A stretch of 64,000 nucleotides of DNA from Microcystaceae cyanobacterium (GCA_041746575.1 JBGTGT010000116.1:1-64000); one strand, 5' to 3'; positions 31,399-42,074 are shown, counted from the stretch's first letter. Program-made: numbers and translations. Notes: a model not told the origin generated them from the letters alone.

Positions 31399-31854
31399 TC
31401 AAAAGAGTTTATCGTTAACGGTTTCCGGCTACCCATTTTCTGCTAATATTTGTTCAAGTGTATAAGAATTTGTTTTTGGTAAATTCAATTCTGATTTTAA
31501 GTGAGCAATCTTTTGAGCTTTACAATAAAGATAATCAAGTCTTTCTTGAAGATATTATTTGAGATTAGTGTTCAATTTTAGTTCAACTTGGGTTCTAAAA
31601 GTCACGATCTCGCTCTGTCAATGGCGACCATTATACTTTCGTTCTTGTTGTCAATATTGATAGAGGAAAAGAGGTTGAATAAGTCTGATCAGTAAACTTT
31701 CTACTGCACTTTTTAATGCTTCTAATTCCTCGATTAAATGTTCAGAATCTAATGGCTCGAATTGACCTGCTTTAATCTATTTCACCATTTTGTCTAACTA
31801 TTATCAGTAATCAAGCTCATAAAGCTGTTTAAAATCAAGTGAATACTGATTCAT
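31399..31854 (-). pseudogene. DUF29 family pseudogene
   Basis: One frame reads MNQYSLDFKQLYELDY***LDKMVK*IKAGQFEPLDSEHLIEELEALKSAVESLLIRL...YQY*QQERKYNGRH*QSEIVTFRTQ...YTLEQILAENG*PE. This is the DUF29 pattern with 8 internal stops. Confidence 0.85.
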
Positions 31855-32132
31855 GTTTTAGCTGATTTTATTGCAAATTCTTAATAGAAATTATATCTTA
31901 CCCCGTCAGGCTCGCCAAACCTGAATGATTAAATCAGTTTTAGGCTGAAAAGGGAACTGAAATACTATAATCACAGCAATTAATTCCAATTTATGCCACC
32001 AACAAGGTTAAGCTTTACCTAAATAGCGTTAAATCTTGCTAAGTTGCGTGACAAAAAATCCAAAATCTAAAATCGATTTGGCCAAACTCTCTTATAATGT
32101 AACTTGACATTTCTAAGCAGTTAAAGCCTTTC

Positions 32133-32690
32133 ATGATTTCGAGTAATGACTTTCGGAGCGGTGTCACCATTGAGTTAGATGGCTCAGTGTGGCGAGTGGT
32201 GGAATTTCTGCACGTCAAACCAGGTAAAGGTTCTGCCTTTGTACGCACCAAACTCAAAAACGTGCAATCCGGTAGCGTGGTAGAACGAACTTTTCGCGCC
32301 GGTGAAACCGTTCCCCAAGCCACCATTGATAAACGAACGATGCAACACACCTACAAAGAGGGTGAAGAATACATCTTCATGGACATGGAAACCTTCGAGG
32401 AAGCCCGACTCAATCCCGATCAAATTGGCAGTGGGGTTAAATATCTCAAAGAAGAAATGGAAGTCAACATTTTATTCTGGAATAATCAGGTTTTAGAAGT
32501 TGAACTACCGAATTCTGTTGTTTTAGAAATCACGGAAACCGACCCAGGCGTTAAGGGAGACACCGCTACAGGCGGCACAAAACCGGCTATTGTCGAAACC
32601 GGCGCACAAGTCATGGTGCCGTTATTTATTTCCATCGGAGAAAGAATTAAGGTTGATACCCGCACCGACAGTTACCTCGGCCGCGAATAA
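32133..32690 (+). CDS. efp: elongation factor P
   Basis: [12 protein letters not shown] and PGVKGDT motifs. Confidence 0.98.
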   Translation: MISSNDFRSGVTIELDGSVWRVVEFLHVKPGKGSAFVRTKLKNVQSGSVVERTFRAGETVPQATIDKRTMQHTYKEGEEYIFMDMETFEEARLNPDQIGSGVKYLKEEMEVNILFWNNQVLEVELPNSVVLEITETDPGVKGDTATGGTKPAIVETGAQVMVPLFISIGERIKVDTRTDSYLGRE

Positions 32691-32766
32691 TCACTCAAGT
32701 TGGGGAAATAAAACGTATTTTCCCGAAAAATAGTCACATTCATGACGGGATGGCAGGAGTTGAGTT

Positions 32767-33243
32767 GTGTCCATTAATATCGCTGAAATTCGAGAACTGT
32801 TATTGGCGATTGCCCAAACCAATATTACAGAAGTTAATCTAAAAACCGACGACTTTGATCTAACAGTGAAAAAAGAAATGAGGCTAACAACCACGCCAAT
32901 GGCTGTCTCCTCCGAGGCAATTCTGCCCGTTTCTCCTCCTCCTGTCTCTAAACCTCCTGAATCAACGGAAATCACTACCCCACCGCCGATTAATCAAAAA
33001 TGGGTGGCGATTACTGCTCCCATGGTGGGAACGTTTTACCTCGCCCCTGCCCCCGGAGAAAGTGCTTACGTCAATCCTAATGATCGCATTCAAGTCGGTC
33101 AGGCGGTGTGTATCGTCGAAGCGATGAAATTAATGAACGAAATCGAATCAGAAATCGCAGGACAAATTATGGAAATTGTGGCAGAAAACGGCGAACCCGT
33201 TGAATATGGTCAGACGTTAATGTGGGTTAAACCCGATGCCTAG
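32767..33243 (+). CDS. accB: acetyl-CoA carboxylase biotin carboxyl carrier protein
   Basis: EAMKLMN biotinylation motif; efp-accB synteny. Confidence 0.96.
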   Translation: MSINIAEIRELLLAIAQTNITEVNLKTDDFDLTVKKEMRLTTTPMAVSSEAILPVSPPPVSKPPESTEITTPPPINQKWVAITAPMVGTFYLAPAPGESAYVNPNDRIQVGQAVCIVEAMKLMNEIESEIAGQIMEIVAENGEPVEYGQTLMWVKPDA

Positions 33244-33256
33244 AAAAGAGCAAACG

Positions 33257-34369
33257 TCACGGCTCCCATACTTGCACCTTCCCGTTTCCATCACCGATCA
33301 GGAATAGGCGACCATCGGGACTAAAGGACATGGCAACTACGGCGTTTCCTTTGACGCTATTTAAGGGCATTCCCGTCGAAATATGCCAAAACTGGACTGT
33401 TTCGTTTTGCCGACTCGCACTGACTAGCAATTTTCCATCGGGACTAAAGGTAATATCGGTCACGGCCTCCGAGTGACCACTCAAGGTACGAACCACTTGT
33501 CCACTGACGGGATCCCATAGCTTAATCGTGCCATCATGACTAGCAGAGGCTAAAAATTGGTCATTGGGACTAAACGCAATCTTAGAAATCGGAAATAAAT
33601 GACCGGCAAAGACACGGTGTAATTTACCATTTTGGACATTCCACAATCTCAAGGCCCCACCATAATCGCTACTGGCGAGAATTTTGCCATTTTTATTAAA
33701 AGCGACGGAAGTAACTTGATTATCGTGATCTCTCAGGGTGCGTATCAACTTCCCTGACGCAATATCCCAGAGTTTAAGGGTTTTATCCCAACTGGCACTG
33801 GCAAGAATTTTGCCATCTGGACTAATGCTCAGAGCGGAAACCACCACCCGATGACCTTCGTAAGTCCGCAGGAGTCGTCCCGTTTGGGTGTCCCATTGCT
33901 TAATGTTGCCATCCGTATCTCCGGTGAAAAAGGTTTGATAGGTTGGAGTCACGGCGATCGCTTCAATGCCATTAGCTTCCTGTTTTTCGTAGAGCGGTTT
34001 CATTTCTCGAAAGTTCCAATAGGCTAAGTTTCCATCAAACGTGCCAATTAGAACTGTTGGCTGGTCAGGATGAACGATTAAAGCTCGAATGGGTGAATTA
34101 TCGACGATAAAGGTCTGTTTGCGTTGAACGACTTGCCACGGACTCGCAGGAGAGGGAACAGGAGAGGAGAGAGGGGTGGATTGAGACGGAGAAAAGGCAG
34201 TATGAGGCGAAGAACAGGCAATGAGCAATAAGGGTAAGAGGCGGTATAAAAGTCGAAATTGAATCATGTTGATTAAGTAATAAATAGGAAGGAGATCAAT
34301 CATTAACCTTGCAAAATGAGCGAGCAAAAATTTATGTCTTACCCTTGTCTTATGCGAATTTACCAACAC
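33257..34369 (-). CDS. WD40-repeat protein, probable lipoprotein (start likely near 34268)
   Basis: Repeated GH...LASASxDxTLKLWD units; LLLIAC lipobox-like segment. Confidence 0.88.
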   Translation of the reverse strand: MLVNSHKTRVRHKFLLAHFARLMIDLLPIYYLINMIQFRLLYRLLPLLLIACSSPHTAFSPSQSTPLSSPVPSPASPWQVVQRKQTFIVDNSPIRALIVHPDQPTVLIGTFDGNLAYWNFREMKPLYEKQEANGIEAIAVTPTYQTFFTGDTDGNIKQWDTQTGRLLRTYEGHRVVVSALSISPDGKILASASWDKTLKLWDIASGKLIRTLRDHDNQVTSVAFNKNGKILASSDYGGALRLWNVQNGKLHRVFAGHLFPISKIAFSPNDQFLASASHDGTIKLWDPVSGQVVRTLSGHSEAVTDITFSPDGKLLVSASRQNETVQFWHISTGMPLNSVKGNAVVAMSFSPDGRLFLIGDGNGKVQVWEP

Positions 34370-34373
34370 TAAC

Positions 34374-35780
34374 TTAATTTTTTTGTTTCGGTTTGTCTAA
34401 TTTTTCTTTATTTTCTAATGGGCTTGGTTTTTCTTGATTTTTTTCGATCTGGACGGCCATTTGATTGAGAACTTGGCCATAGTATAGTTGTTGTTCTAAT
34501 TGTTGAGTCGAAGAGACAAGGTTGGTTAAACCATAAATTAAACGAATAATTTCCCGTCTCAATTCTGGATTTCCGGTGATTTCATCGAGATCTGAGGTGA
34601 CTTTTTGGGCATTATCAAAAGCAGAACGAGCAGAATCTAAGATTTGTTGAATCATCAATCTTGTTTGTGGATCATTTAAGTAAATTGAGAATTCCTTTAA
34701 ATTTCCCGTTAATTCAACTGCATTACCCGATATAGTCTCCAAATTGTTCAATAGTTGTCCGGTATCCGCTTCTGCTAGTATGGGATCTAAACGGGTGATC
34801 GTCGTTCGCAATTGATCACTGGTTTGATGAATACTTTTCAGCGTTCCCGTTAATTGATCTTGATTAACTGCCATAAATGCCTGAATTTGGTCTGCTGCCG
34901 CTCCCACAGAATTTAGAGCTTTACGGGCATCCGTCAATGTCGCGTTTAAATTCTCGATACCCCCACTTTCTTCTAAGGCGTTGAGCAATCTTCGGGTATC
35001 GGCAAGGGTAGCGTTTAAATTCTCAATGCCCCCACTGCGTTCAAAAGAGGCAATCAAGGTGCGCGCATCGTTACTGAGAACCCCCACTTCCCCTGCCGCA
35101 CGGTTGAGAGATCTCAGAGAAGTGTTCAATTGATCAATACTACGGGTTCGTTGAACTTCCGCCAGAATTCCAGTCGCTTCTCCACTTAATTGATTAAAAT
35201 TGCCGAGGGCGAGGGAACTTTTCTGGGCAAAGGAACGAATTGCCGAGGTTACTTCAGGATCACTAATTATATTAGAAATTTTCAACAAAGACCGAATGAG
35301 AGTATTGATATCTAAACTGCCTTGTCCTTGCAAGCGAGATCCATTACAAATAATAACAGCAGGATCACAACTTGGCTCAAGGGGTTTTCCCTGAACGCCT
35401 CCCGGCGGCAGAGACTGAAGAGGCGTAATATCAATGGAGGTTTCGCCGACTAACCCGGCTTGAGTGGCTTCAATCAGGGAATTGCTGGGAATGAGGCGAT
35501 TAGCGGGTGAAATCTCGACGCCAATCATCACACCTTCAGGTTCTGGGGTAACACTGACCACTTGGCCGACTCTGACTCCCCGATAGGCAACCCTTGTTCC
35601 TGTCGTCATTCCCCCTGCATTAGGAAATTGAATTTCAGCACGGTAACTGCGTCCCCCAAGCCCAATATTTTTGAGCCATAATACGAGAAATATTAACGCC
35701 CCAATCGCTCCTAAGACCATGAGGCCGACGATACTTTGCATCATGACGGGGGATAACCGCCCACTCCCACTACGTTGCAT
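34374..35780 (-). CDS. mlaD: MlaD/MCE family protein (Ycf22-like)
   Basis: TM helix, MCE domain (VAYRGVRVG, GLVGETSIDITP) and a long helical tail with an internal GGIENLNATL duplication. Confidence 0.88.
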   Translation of the reverse strand: MQRSGSGRLSPVMMQSIVGLMVLGAIGALIFLVLWLKNIGLGGRSYRAEIQFPNAGGMTTGTRVAYRGVRVGQVVSVTPEPEGVMIGVEISPANRLIPSNSLIEATQAGLVGETSIDITPLQSLPPGGVQGKPLEPSCDPAVIICNGSRLQGQGSLDINTLIRSLLKISNIISDPEVTSAIRSFAQKSSLALGNFNQLSGEATGILAEVQRTRSIDQLNTSLRSLNRAAGEVGVLSNDARTLIASFERSGGIENLNATLADTRRLLNALEESGGIENLNATLTDARKALNSVGAAADQIQAFMAVNQDQLTGTLKSIHQTSDQLRTTITRLDPILAEADTGQLLNNLETISGNAVELTGNLKEFSIYLNDPQTRLMIQQILDSARSAFDNAQKVTSDLDEITGNPELRREIIRLIYGLTNLVSSTQQLEQQLYYGQVLNQMAVQIEKNQEKPSPLENKEKLDKPKQKN

Positions 35781-35920
35781 TTTCGTACGCTCCTCGATTA
35801 ATGATGACTGATGGCTGTTTAGATCTTACTGCATCTTCAAACCCTCAGTTCTTTCTCTTAACGCTTAAATTTTAAAGGGGAATAGGGAAAATTTTCCGTT
35901 TGTAGCAATTGTACGAATAT

Positions 35921-36403
35921 TCATTCTCCGTTATGCCCATACGCCATATCTTCTTCTAAGTTAATCTGTTTTGCCGCCTTAACCGCCAATTGGTCACATC
36001 GCTCATTATCCCTTATTCCCGCGTGACCTTTCACCCAGACAAAAGTGACCCGATGATAAGCACATAACTTTAATAATCGAGCCCATAAATCGGAATTTTT
36101 TGCTTTTTCTTGGCTATTTCGTTGCCATTTGTTTTTTTGCCAGCGTTTTGCCCAACCTTGCATGATGGCATCCACCAAATACTTAGAATCAGTATGGAGT
36201 GTCACCTGACAGGGTTGATTGAGCGTTTCCAATGCAACAATCGCCGCTAAAATTTCCATACGATTATTCGTCGTGTGGCGGAAACCGCCAGATAATTCTT
36301 TAGAATGGTTGCCATAACGCAAAACAACCCCATATCCTCCCTTTCCGGGGTTTCCTAAACAAGCTCCGTCGGTGTAAATGGTGACATTTTTCAAAGCATT
36401 CAT
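35921..36403 (-). CDS. rnhA: ribonuclease HI
   Basis: YTDGACLGNPG, TNNRME, TDSKY and WVKGHAG. Confidence 0.97.
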   Translation of the reverse strand: MNALKNVTIYTDGACLGNPGKGGYGVVLRYGNHSKELSGGFRHTTNNRMEILAAIVALETLNQPCQVTLHTDSKYLVDAIMQGWAKRWQKNKWQRNSQEKAKNSDLWARLLKLCAYHRVTFVWVKGHAGIRDNERCDQLAVKAAKQINLEEDMAYGHNGE

Positions 36404-36561
36404 TTTTAATTTTGCAGTATTCTCTTAATTTATCCCCTGATTGTGAATCCCTTGTCAACGGGAAGCATCCGTGTTTCCTTATTATTTTGTAACGTTTTGC
36501 TTTTCTCGGTTAAAGGTCAATCGCTATAATCATCTAGATAACGATTCAGGAAGCATCAATT

Positions 36562-37122
36562 ATGGAAGCCTATTTTTGGTTTAAAGCATTTCATCTGATT
36601 GGGGTTGTGGTTTGGTTTGCTGGCCTATTTTATCTCGTCCGCTTATTTGTTTATCATGCCGAAGCCTCTCAAGAATCAGAACCGGCACAAACCATTTTAA
36701 AAAAACAATATCAAATCATGGAAAAACGTCTCTATGATATTATTACTACCCCCGGTATGATTGTCACGGTTGCCATGGCTGTTGGCTTAATTTCCACTGA
36801 ACCTGATATTTTAAAATCGGGTTGGTTGCACATCAAATTGGCATTTGTTGCGGTGCTTCTCCTCTATCATTTTTATTGTGGACGTCTGATGAAGCAGTTG
36901 GCAAAAGATGAATGTTCTTGGACAGGACAACAATTTCGCGCCTTAAATGAAGCCCCGACCCTTCTTTTAGTGGTTATTGTCATGTTAGCGGTCTTTAAAA
37001 ATAATTTTCCTGTAAATTTAACCACATGGCTGATTGTCGCCCTAGTGGTTTTCATGGCGGCTTCTATCCAACTTTATGCCCGAAAACGCCGACTTGATCA
37101 AGAAAAATTAACTGAAGTTTAA
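36562..37122 (+). CDS. hemJ: protoporphyrinogen oxidase HemJ
   Basis: KAFHLIGVVVWFAGLFYLVRLFVYH...RALNEAPT. Confidence 0.95.
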   Translation: MEAYFWFKAFHLIGVVVWFAGLFYLVRLFVYHAEASQESEPAQTILKKQYQIMEKRLYDIITTPGMIVTVAMAVGLISTEPDILKSGWLHIKLAFVAVLLLYHFYCGRLMKQLAKDECSWTGQQFRALNEAPTLLLVVIVMLAVFKNNFPVNLTTWLIVALVVFMAASIQLYARKRRLDQEKLTEV

Positions 37123-37178
37123 TGGGTTTCTAGACCATTATTCATTATTGAACAATTATCTTTTCATCAAATAAACGA

Positions 37179-37448
37179 ATGACAAAATACATTTTACTGG
37201 GTAGTTATTGCGAAAATGCTTTAGAAAAACGAACCCCTTATCGCCAAGACCATTTAGACGGGTTAGCTAAACAAAAAAAACAAGGTATTTTAATCACTCT
37301 TGGCCCTACAAAAGATAATACGAAAGTCTTTGGTATTTATGAAGCTGAAACCGGAGAAATCGTCCGTCAATTGGTTGAAAGTGATCCCTATTGGCAAAAT
37401 GGAATCTGGACAGATTATGAGATTAAAGAGTGGATTCAAGCGTTTTAA
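37179..37448 (+). CDS. YciI family protein
   Basis: RTPYRQDHL, GPT and DPYW motifs. Confidence 0.88.
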   Translation: MTKYILLGSYCENALEKRTPYRQDHLDGLAKQKKQGILITLGPTKDNTKVFGIYEAETGEIVRQLVESDPYWQNGIWTDYEIKEWIQAF

Positions 37449-37584
37449 ACCTCGCCATTTTGAACCCAGTATCGCTTTAGGTAGATGATGATAATTGACT
37501 TTAAAAATTTCAATTTATCAAACCCCAAAATAGCGAAAGGTGGGCAAAAATACCCACCTGATACAATTACAATCAATTGACGAT

Positions 37585-38475
37585 TTAGCGTCTTCTACGG
37601 AAACCGCCAGAACTCGGACGGGAGAAAGAACGAGAAGGACGACTACTACCGAATCCGGTGTTACTTTTTGGACGACTATAGTTAGAATTGCCCGAATTTC
37701 TCAGTTTGCTATTGCCAAACCCTGACCCTGTTGATTTATTAGTTTTAGAACTATTAGGGCGGCTGTTAGCGGTACTGGCAGGATTACGACGAATGTTACC
37801 CGTTGTTCTTAAGTTTTGACGATTTTTAACAACAGGGGGCGGAGAATTGTACTTAGAACGATAACTATTAATAGCACCGTCATAGGTTCGTCCATAGCCG
37901 CCATAACCTGTCATCACCCCACCCGGACGATAAATAGGGGGAACATAATAGTGAGGCGTAAAGAGAAGACTTCCTATAGCTTGTCCTGCTAATGCTCCCG
38001 CAAAAGGCGACCAAAAGTTAGATTCTCGGCGAACAATGACCGTTTCAGGCTGTCCTGTTTGGGGATTGGTTTGGTTTTCGGTGACGGCATGAACGTATTC
38101 AATCTTAAAATCTTCTGTGAGGTACATAATTGCCTCATTTCCGTCAATTTCTACGGCGGTTTGTTCTCCTTTGCCCAATTGCTCTTCTGTTAAGCGCGCC
38201 ATTTGCAGTTTATCGGTTTTATAAACAGGAGGAACACCTGCAGGCGTGTTGAGTAACATCAAAGTGTAAACCCCATCCACGTCATTATATTCCGCTTGTT
38301 GAACGGGATAGCGGCCACTTTTGACCTGATTAATCGATTGGGAAACGTTATTTGTAAAGTTACCTTGAGAGGGGGCAGTTGGCGCAGAACTACAGGCTAC
38401 GGTTGTCCAACTGAGGCTTAAAATCATCAGAAAGACACTTAGTTTTTTTAACACGGCTTTTAGAGATACATTCAT
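37585..38475 (-). CDS. putative lipoprotein with a Gly/Ser/Arg-rich low-complexity tail
   Basis: Lipobox-like TTVAC; FWSPFAGALAG; C-terminal SGFGNS...SGGFRRRR. Confidence 0.75.
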   Translation of the reverse strand: MNVSLKAVLKKLSVFLMILSLSWTTVACSSAPTAPSQGNFTNNVSQSINQVKSGRYPVQQAEYNDVDGVYTLMLLNTPAGVPPVYKTDKLQMARLTEEQLGKGEQTAVEIDGNEAIMYLTEDFKIEYVHAVTENQTNPQTGQPETVIVRRESNFWSPFAGALAGQAIGSLLFTPHYYVPPIYRPGGVMTGYGGYGRTYDGAINSYRSKYNSPPPVVKNRQNLRTTGNIRRNPASTANSRPNSSKTNKSTGSGFGNSKLRNSGNSNYSRPKSNTGFGSSRPSRSFSRPSSGGFRRRR

Positions 38476-38496
38476 ACAAAGACAAGCAAAATGAGT

Positions 38497-39099
38497 TTAC
38501 AAAGGAATCAATTCAGGAAAATTAATTAAAAGCTGTTCATCTGTTAGTATATCGCCAAATTGAGCAGGAGAAAAGTGAATTTGAATTGCTTCTAATTTAC
38601 CTTGGTAATGCAAATTAATGAGGGCTTTCAGTCCTTCATTTAAGGATTCAAAATCCGCTAAATTGGTTTCTAATTCAGGAGCTTCTCCGGTATAAGCCAC
38701 TGTGATCATAACAATTATATTTGGGGTAATGGGTAAGGATAAAGGCGTATTTTCTACCCTTGTACTTTCCTGCCAATCAGGTTCACTCAAATACCGTTGA
38801 GCTGAATCTGTAAAAAGTTCGGTGACATAATCCCCTGCCATGCCTTCATCCCAAAATACATCTCCTTCATTAGCCACAGAACGCCAATCATATTTCATTT
38901 CAATAATTTTTTGGCAAATGGAGACTAAACCTTCCCCTAATACCTCGAAATCCTCTGAATGATCTACTGCTTCTCGCGCTTTCTGGTTAAGAACCCCTAT
39001 TAAGGGGGCAACATTCTCCCCACCCAGATGGATAAAGAGTCGGGAAACCACATAGCGAGTTTTCCCCGTTAATTGGTTGAAGCGATCGCGCAGACTCAT
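38497..39099 (-). CDS. DUF1517 domain protein
   Basis: IIVMITVA...ALINL...IHFSP...LTDEQLLINFPELIPL, the C-terminal pattern of DUF1517. Confidence 0.75.
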   Translation of the reverse strand: MSLRDRFNQLTGKTRYVVSRLFIHLGGENVAPLIGVLNQKAREAVDHSEDFEVLGEGLVSICQKIIEMKYDWRSVANEGDVFWDEGMAGDYVTELFTDSAQRYLSEPDWQESTRVENTPLSLPITPNIIVMITVAYTGEAPELETNLADFESLNEGLKALINLHYQGKLEAIQIHFSPAQFGDILTDEQLLINFPELIPL

Positions 39100-39100
39100 A

Positions 39101-39162
39101 ACAGTGACCCGTAATCAGTGATTAGTAAACAGTTTAACAGTAAAGCGTAAACCGTAATTCGT
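39101..39162. repeat. degenerate heptameric short tandem repeats (STRR-like)
   Basis: aacagtg acccgta atcagtg attagta aacagtt taacagt aaagcgt aaaccgt. Confidence 0.5.
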
Positions 39163-39264
39163 TTAGTATAGTTAAGTTAAGTTAGTAACTGTCAATAAAC
39201 CTAGGATAGATGTCTAAAATTTGACGTCATTGTCATTGAAACTTTATCATTTATAATTCATCCT

Positions 39265-41259
39265 ATGTTCCCTAACCCTGAAGAATTTAATCATATTGTC
39301 CAAAAATGCCAAAGTAGTCTCATTGGCAAACAATTACCCACGGCGTTATATGTTCATCATTCTGTTTTATCTTATCTCGACCCTGACTTACAAAAGTATG
39401 AACGAAAAGCCCATTTAACGCCAGACATTCAAAAAGCAACGATTATTAAATTTAATACCGATAAACCCCAAATTTCTTACTTATTTTATCCTGATTTTGA
39501 GAGTAACCCCCATCCCGCTTTAACCTTAAGTATTGTAATTAACCTAGCAACCCATCAAGTTAAAGTTTGGGATTATGCAGATAGTGACAATCCGCCCATT
39601 TTGCATCGAAAAGAGACATTTATGCGACCCGATTATCCTCAATATTCTCTTTTTAAACATCTCAGTGAGCTTGAAGAAAAATTAGGATTATTGGACAATT
39701 CTCGTCACATTGGTACGCGTCAAGATTGGGAAAAATGTCTCAATCGCTATCATATTACGTTCATTGACCATTATTTAGCGTGCCATCTTCCCAATAGCAG
39801 AAATCAGCCTTTTATGGTGGAAATTGACCGTCATAAAGCGGCAATTGTTCGGAAAAGTCATTCTCGTCCTGTCCGTCTCGCTCTCGATGCAGAACTCTTT
39901 AATGCTCCTGAAACAACGTTTTTTGACTATGGATGTGGTTACGGGGGAGATATTGAGCGAATAGCAGAAGAAGGCTATAAAAGTGCGGGATACGATCCCT
40001 ATTATCGCCCTAATGATCCCTTGATTGCCTCAGATATCGTTAATTTGGGTTATGTTATTAACGTGATTGAAGACCTCAAAGAGCGTCGGGAAGCCTTAAT
40101 CGCCGCTTGGAATCTCACTCAACGTATCTTAATTGTATCGGCTCAGGTGCTAGTAGATGATCGAGTCAGGGGGTTAGTTGCCTATGGGGATGGCATTATT
40201 ACCAGTCGCAATACCTTCCAAAAATACTATGAACAAGACGAATTGAAGACTTATATTGATCAAGTGCTTAATGTTGATTCGATTCCTGCTGGTTTAGGCG
40301 TTTATTTCGTTTTTCAAGCTGAAAATGAAGCACAAGCTTTTCGTCTATCTCGTTATCATTCATCTGCAAAAACCCCTCGGATTTATCAAATTTTACCTAA
40401 ATTTGAGGATTACGAACCCTTATTAACTCCTCTGATGCAATTTTATACTGAACGAGGACGACTCCCTATTAAAGGAGAATTAGCCAATGAAGATGCTCTT
40501 AAAGCTGAATTTGGGTCATTTCGTCGTGCTTTTAAAGTAATTCTTACGGTAACAGAGCAAAAGGAGTGGGATGAAATTTGCGATAAACGCAGTCAGGATA
40601 TTTTGGTTTATTTAGCTTTAACTCGCTTTAAAGAACGTCCAACTATTAGAAAGCTTCCTGCCGCGCTAAGAGTTGATATTCGCAGTTTATTTGGCAATTA
40701 TGCTCAAGCTTGCGCCTTGGCTGATTTTATGTTTTATCATCTTAGTGATCTAAAAAAAATTGAAAAACTTTGTCTAACGAGTGCTATCGGCAAAAAGCTT
40801 AAAGATTCTCTGCTTATTCATATGAGCGCACTAGACCAATTACCCCCACTTTTACGGCTTTATGAAGGCTGTGCCAGTCAAGGAATCGGACGATTAGAAG
40901 ATGCCAACGTAGTGCGATTATTTTTTAATCAGCCCAAAATTACTTATCTATATTATCCCAATTTTAATAGTCATCCTCATCCAATTTTACGAACGAAAAT
41001 GACAATTTTTTTGGGAAAACTAACCGTTCATTATCAAGATTATGACGATAAAATTGCCGCTCCTGTTCTTCACGAAAAAGACCAACTGGTAAGTCCAGAT
41101 TATCCATTTTATGAAAAATTTAAAACCTTAAGTCAACAAGAAAGGGAATTAGGATTATTCAAAAACTACCGAGAAATTAGTCTTCTACAAGGATGGTTAA
41201 AACGCTTAGAAGCTTTTGGTATCACTCTAGAAGACCATACCTTAATCAAAAATAATTAA
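39265..41259 (+). CDS. DNA phosphorothioation-associated putative methyltransferase
   Basis: Central SAM motif FDYGCGYGGD and NLGYVINVIED, flanked by duplicated ISYLFYPDF...HPAL...LHRKE domains. Confidence 0.82.
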   Translation: MFPNPEEFNHIVQKCQSSLIGKQLPTALYVHHSVLSYLDPDLQKYERKAHLTPDIQKATIIKFNTDKPQISYLFYPDFESNPHPALTLSIVINLATHQVKVWDYADSDNPPILHRKETFMRPDYPQYSLFKHLSELEEKLGLLDNSRHIGTRQDWEKCLNRYHITFIDHYLACHLPNSRNQPFMVEIDRHKAAIVRKSHSRPVRLALDAELFNAPETTFFDYGCGYGGDIERIAEEGYKSAGYDPYYRPNDPLIASDIVNLGYVINVIEDLKERREALIAAWNLTQRILIVSAQVLVDDRVRGLVAYGDGIITSRNTFQKYYEQDELKTYIDQVLNVDSIPAGLGVYFVFQAENEAQAFRLSRYHSSAKTPRIYQILPKFEDYEPLLTPLMQFYTERGRLPIKGELANEDALKAEFGSFRRAFKVILTVTEQKEWDEICDKRSQDILVYLALTRFKERPTIRKLPAALRVDIRSLFGNYAQACALADFMFYHLSDLKKIEKLCLTSAIGKKLKDSLLIHMSALDQLPPLLRLYEGCASQGIGRLEDANVVRLFFNQPKITYLYYPNFNSHPHPILRTKMTIFLGKLTVHYQDYDDKIAAPVLHEKDQLVSPDYPFYEKFKTLSQQERELGLFKNYREISLLQGWLKRLEAFGITLEDHTLIKNN

Positions 41260-41519
41260 TGATAAATCTCTAACTGAACGTATAATGAAGAATAAAAGGA
41301 TTTGTGATAACTCGTGGTGTATTATTCAATTTGTCAACCCCCCAAATGGGTAATTCTATCGTTAGTCTAAATAAATCGTAAAGATTTTCTATGCCTTTAT
41401 TTTGACCTGTATTTCCACCGCTTAAATAAATTGACGATATGTAAATTTCAATACAGATTAAAACACCATTTTTAACTAACATCAATAGCAGTATGTATCG
41501 TCCCATAAAATAACCCTTA

Positions 41520-42074
41520 ATGTTATTGTCCCTAGAACATTTTATCCCTCCTAAATTAGCCACTGCTCCTACCTATGCTTTCCAAAAACTGCCCAATTTA
41601 GTCTTGCGTCGCATTCCTTTAGACTGTAATACCTATTTTGAAGTTTGGTCACCCCGTTCAAGCGCGACGCTCAATCCTGATGAAGTTAGCCTATTAAAAT
41701 CAGATAGATTGCGTTTAGAAGTCATTTGCACGAAGTTAATTTGGTTATTGGGAGCAACGTGCTACGAAAGCCAAAATTATTTATTAGAGTCGGGAAAACA
41801 GCTAACTGATTGGGAAGAGGTCGGAGATTATGCTTCTCGCTATCATTTTTGTCCCGATGTCATTGATATTATTTATTCACCTCAGATTATTCGCCCTCAG
41901 TATAATCGAGTGACGCAACAACCCACCCATTGGATTATTGAACCGCCCTGTTGGGAAATTTGCTTGTTACGTTTAAAGCCAATGGAAAACGGATGGATAG
42001 CGGAGGAAAGAAACCCTGAACTTTCTATTTTAGTTTGGACAGGGAAACCGATTAAGAAAGCAAGAATGATCTAA
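41520..42074 (+). CDS. hypothetical protein
   Basis: 184-aa ORF; no family recognised. Confidence 0.55.
   Translation: MLLSLEHFIPPKLATAPTYAFQKLPNLVLRRIPLDCNTYFEVWSPRSSATLNPDEVSLLKSDRLRLEVICTKLIWLLGATCYESQNYLLESGKQLTDWEEVGDYASRYHFCPDVIDIIYSPQIIRPQYNRVTQQPTHWIIEPPCWEICLLRLKPMENGWIAEERNPELSILVWTGKPIKKARMI

Noticed and set aside
31399..31854. Stop-codon recoding (TGA/TAG read as Trp) to explain the in-frame stops
   Set aside because: Intact genes in the window use TGG for Trp and end in TAA, TAG and TGA. All three stop types occur in this frame, so ordinary pseudogenisation is the simpler explanation.
34920..35050. Tandem GGIENLNATL repeat in MlaD
   Set aside because: Length variation by duplication is ordinary in the helical region of MCE proteins.
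41270..41563. 97-aa minus-strand ORF
   Set aside because: It is AT-rich, overlaps the start of the 41520 gene and has no motifs; probably spurious.
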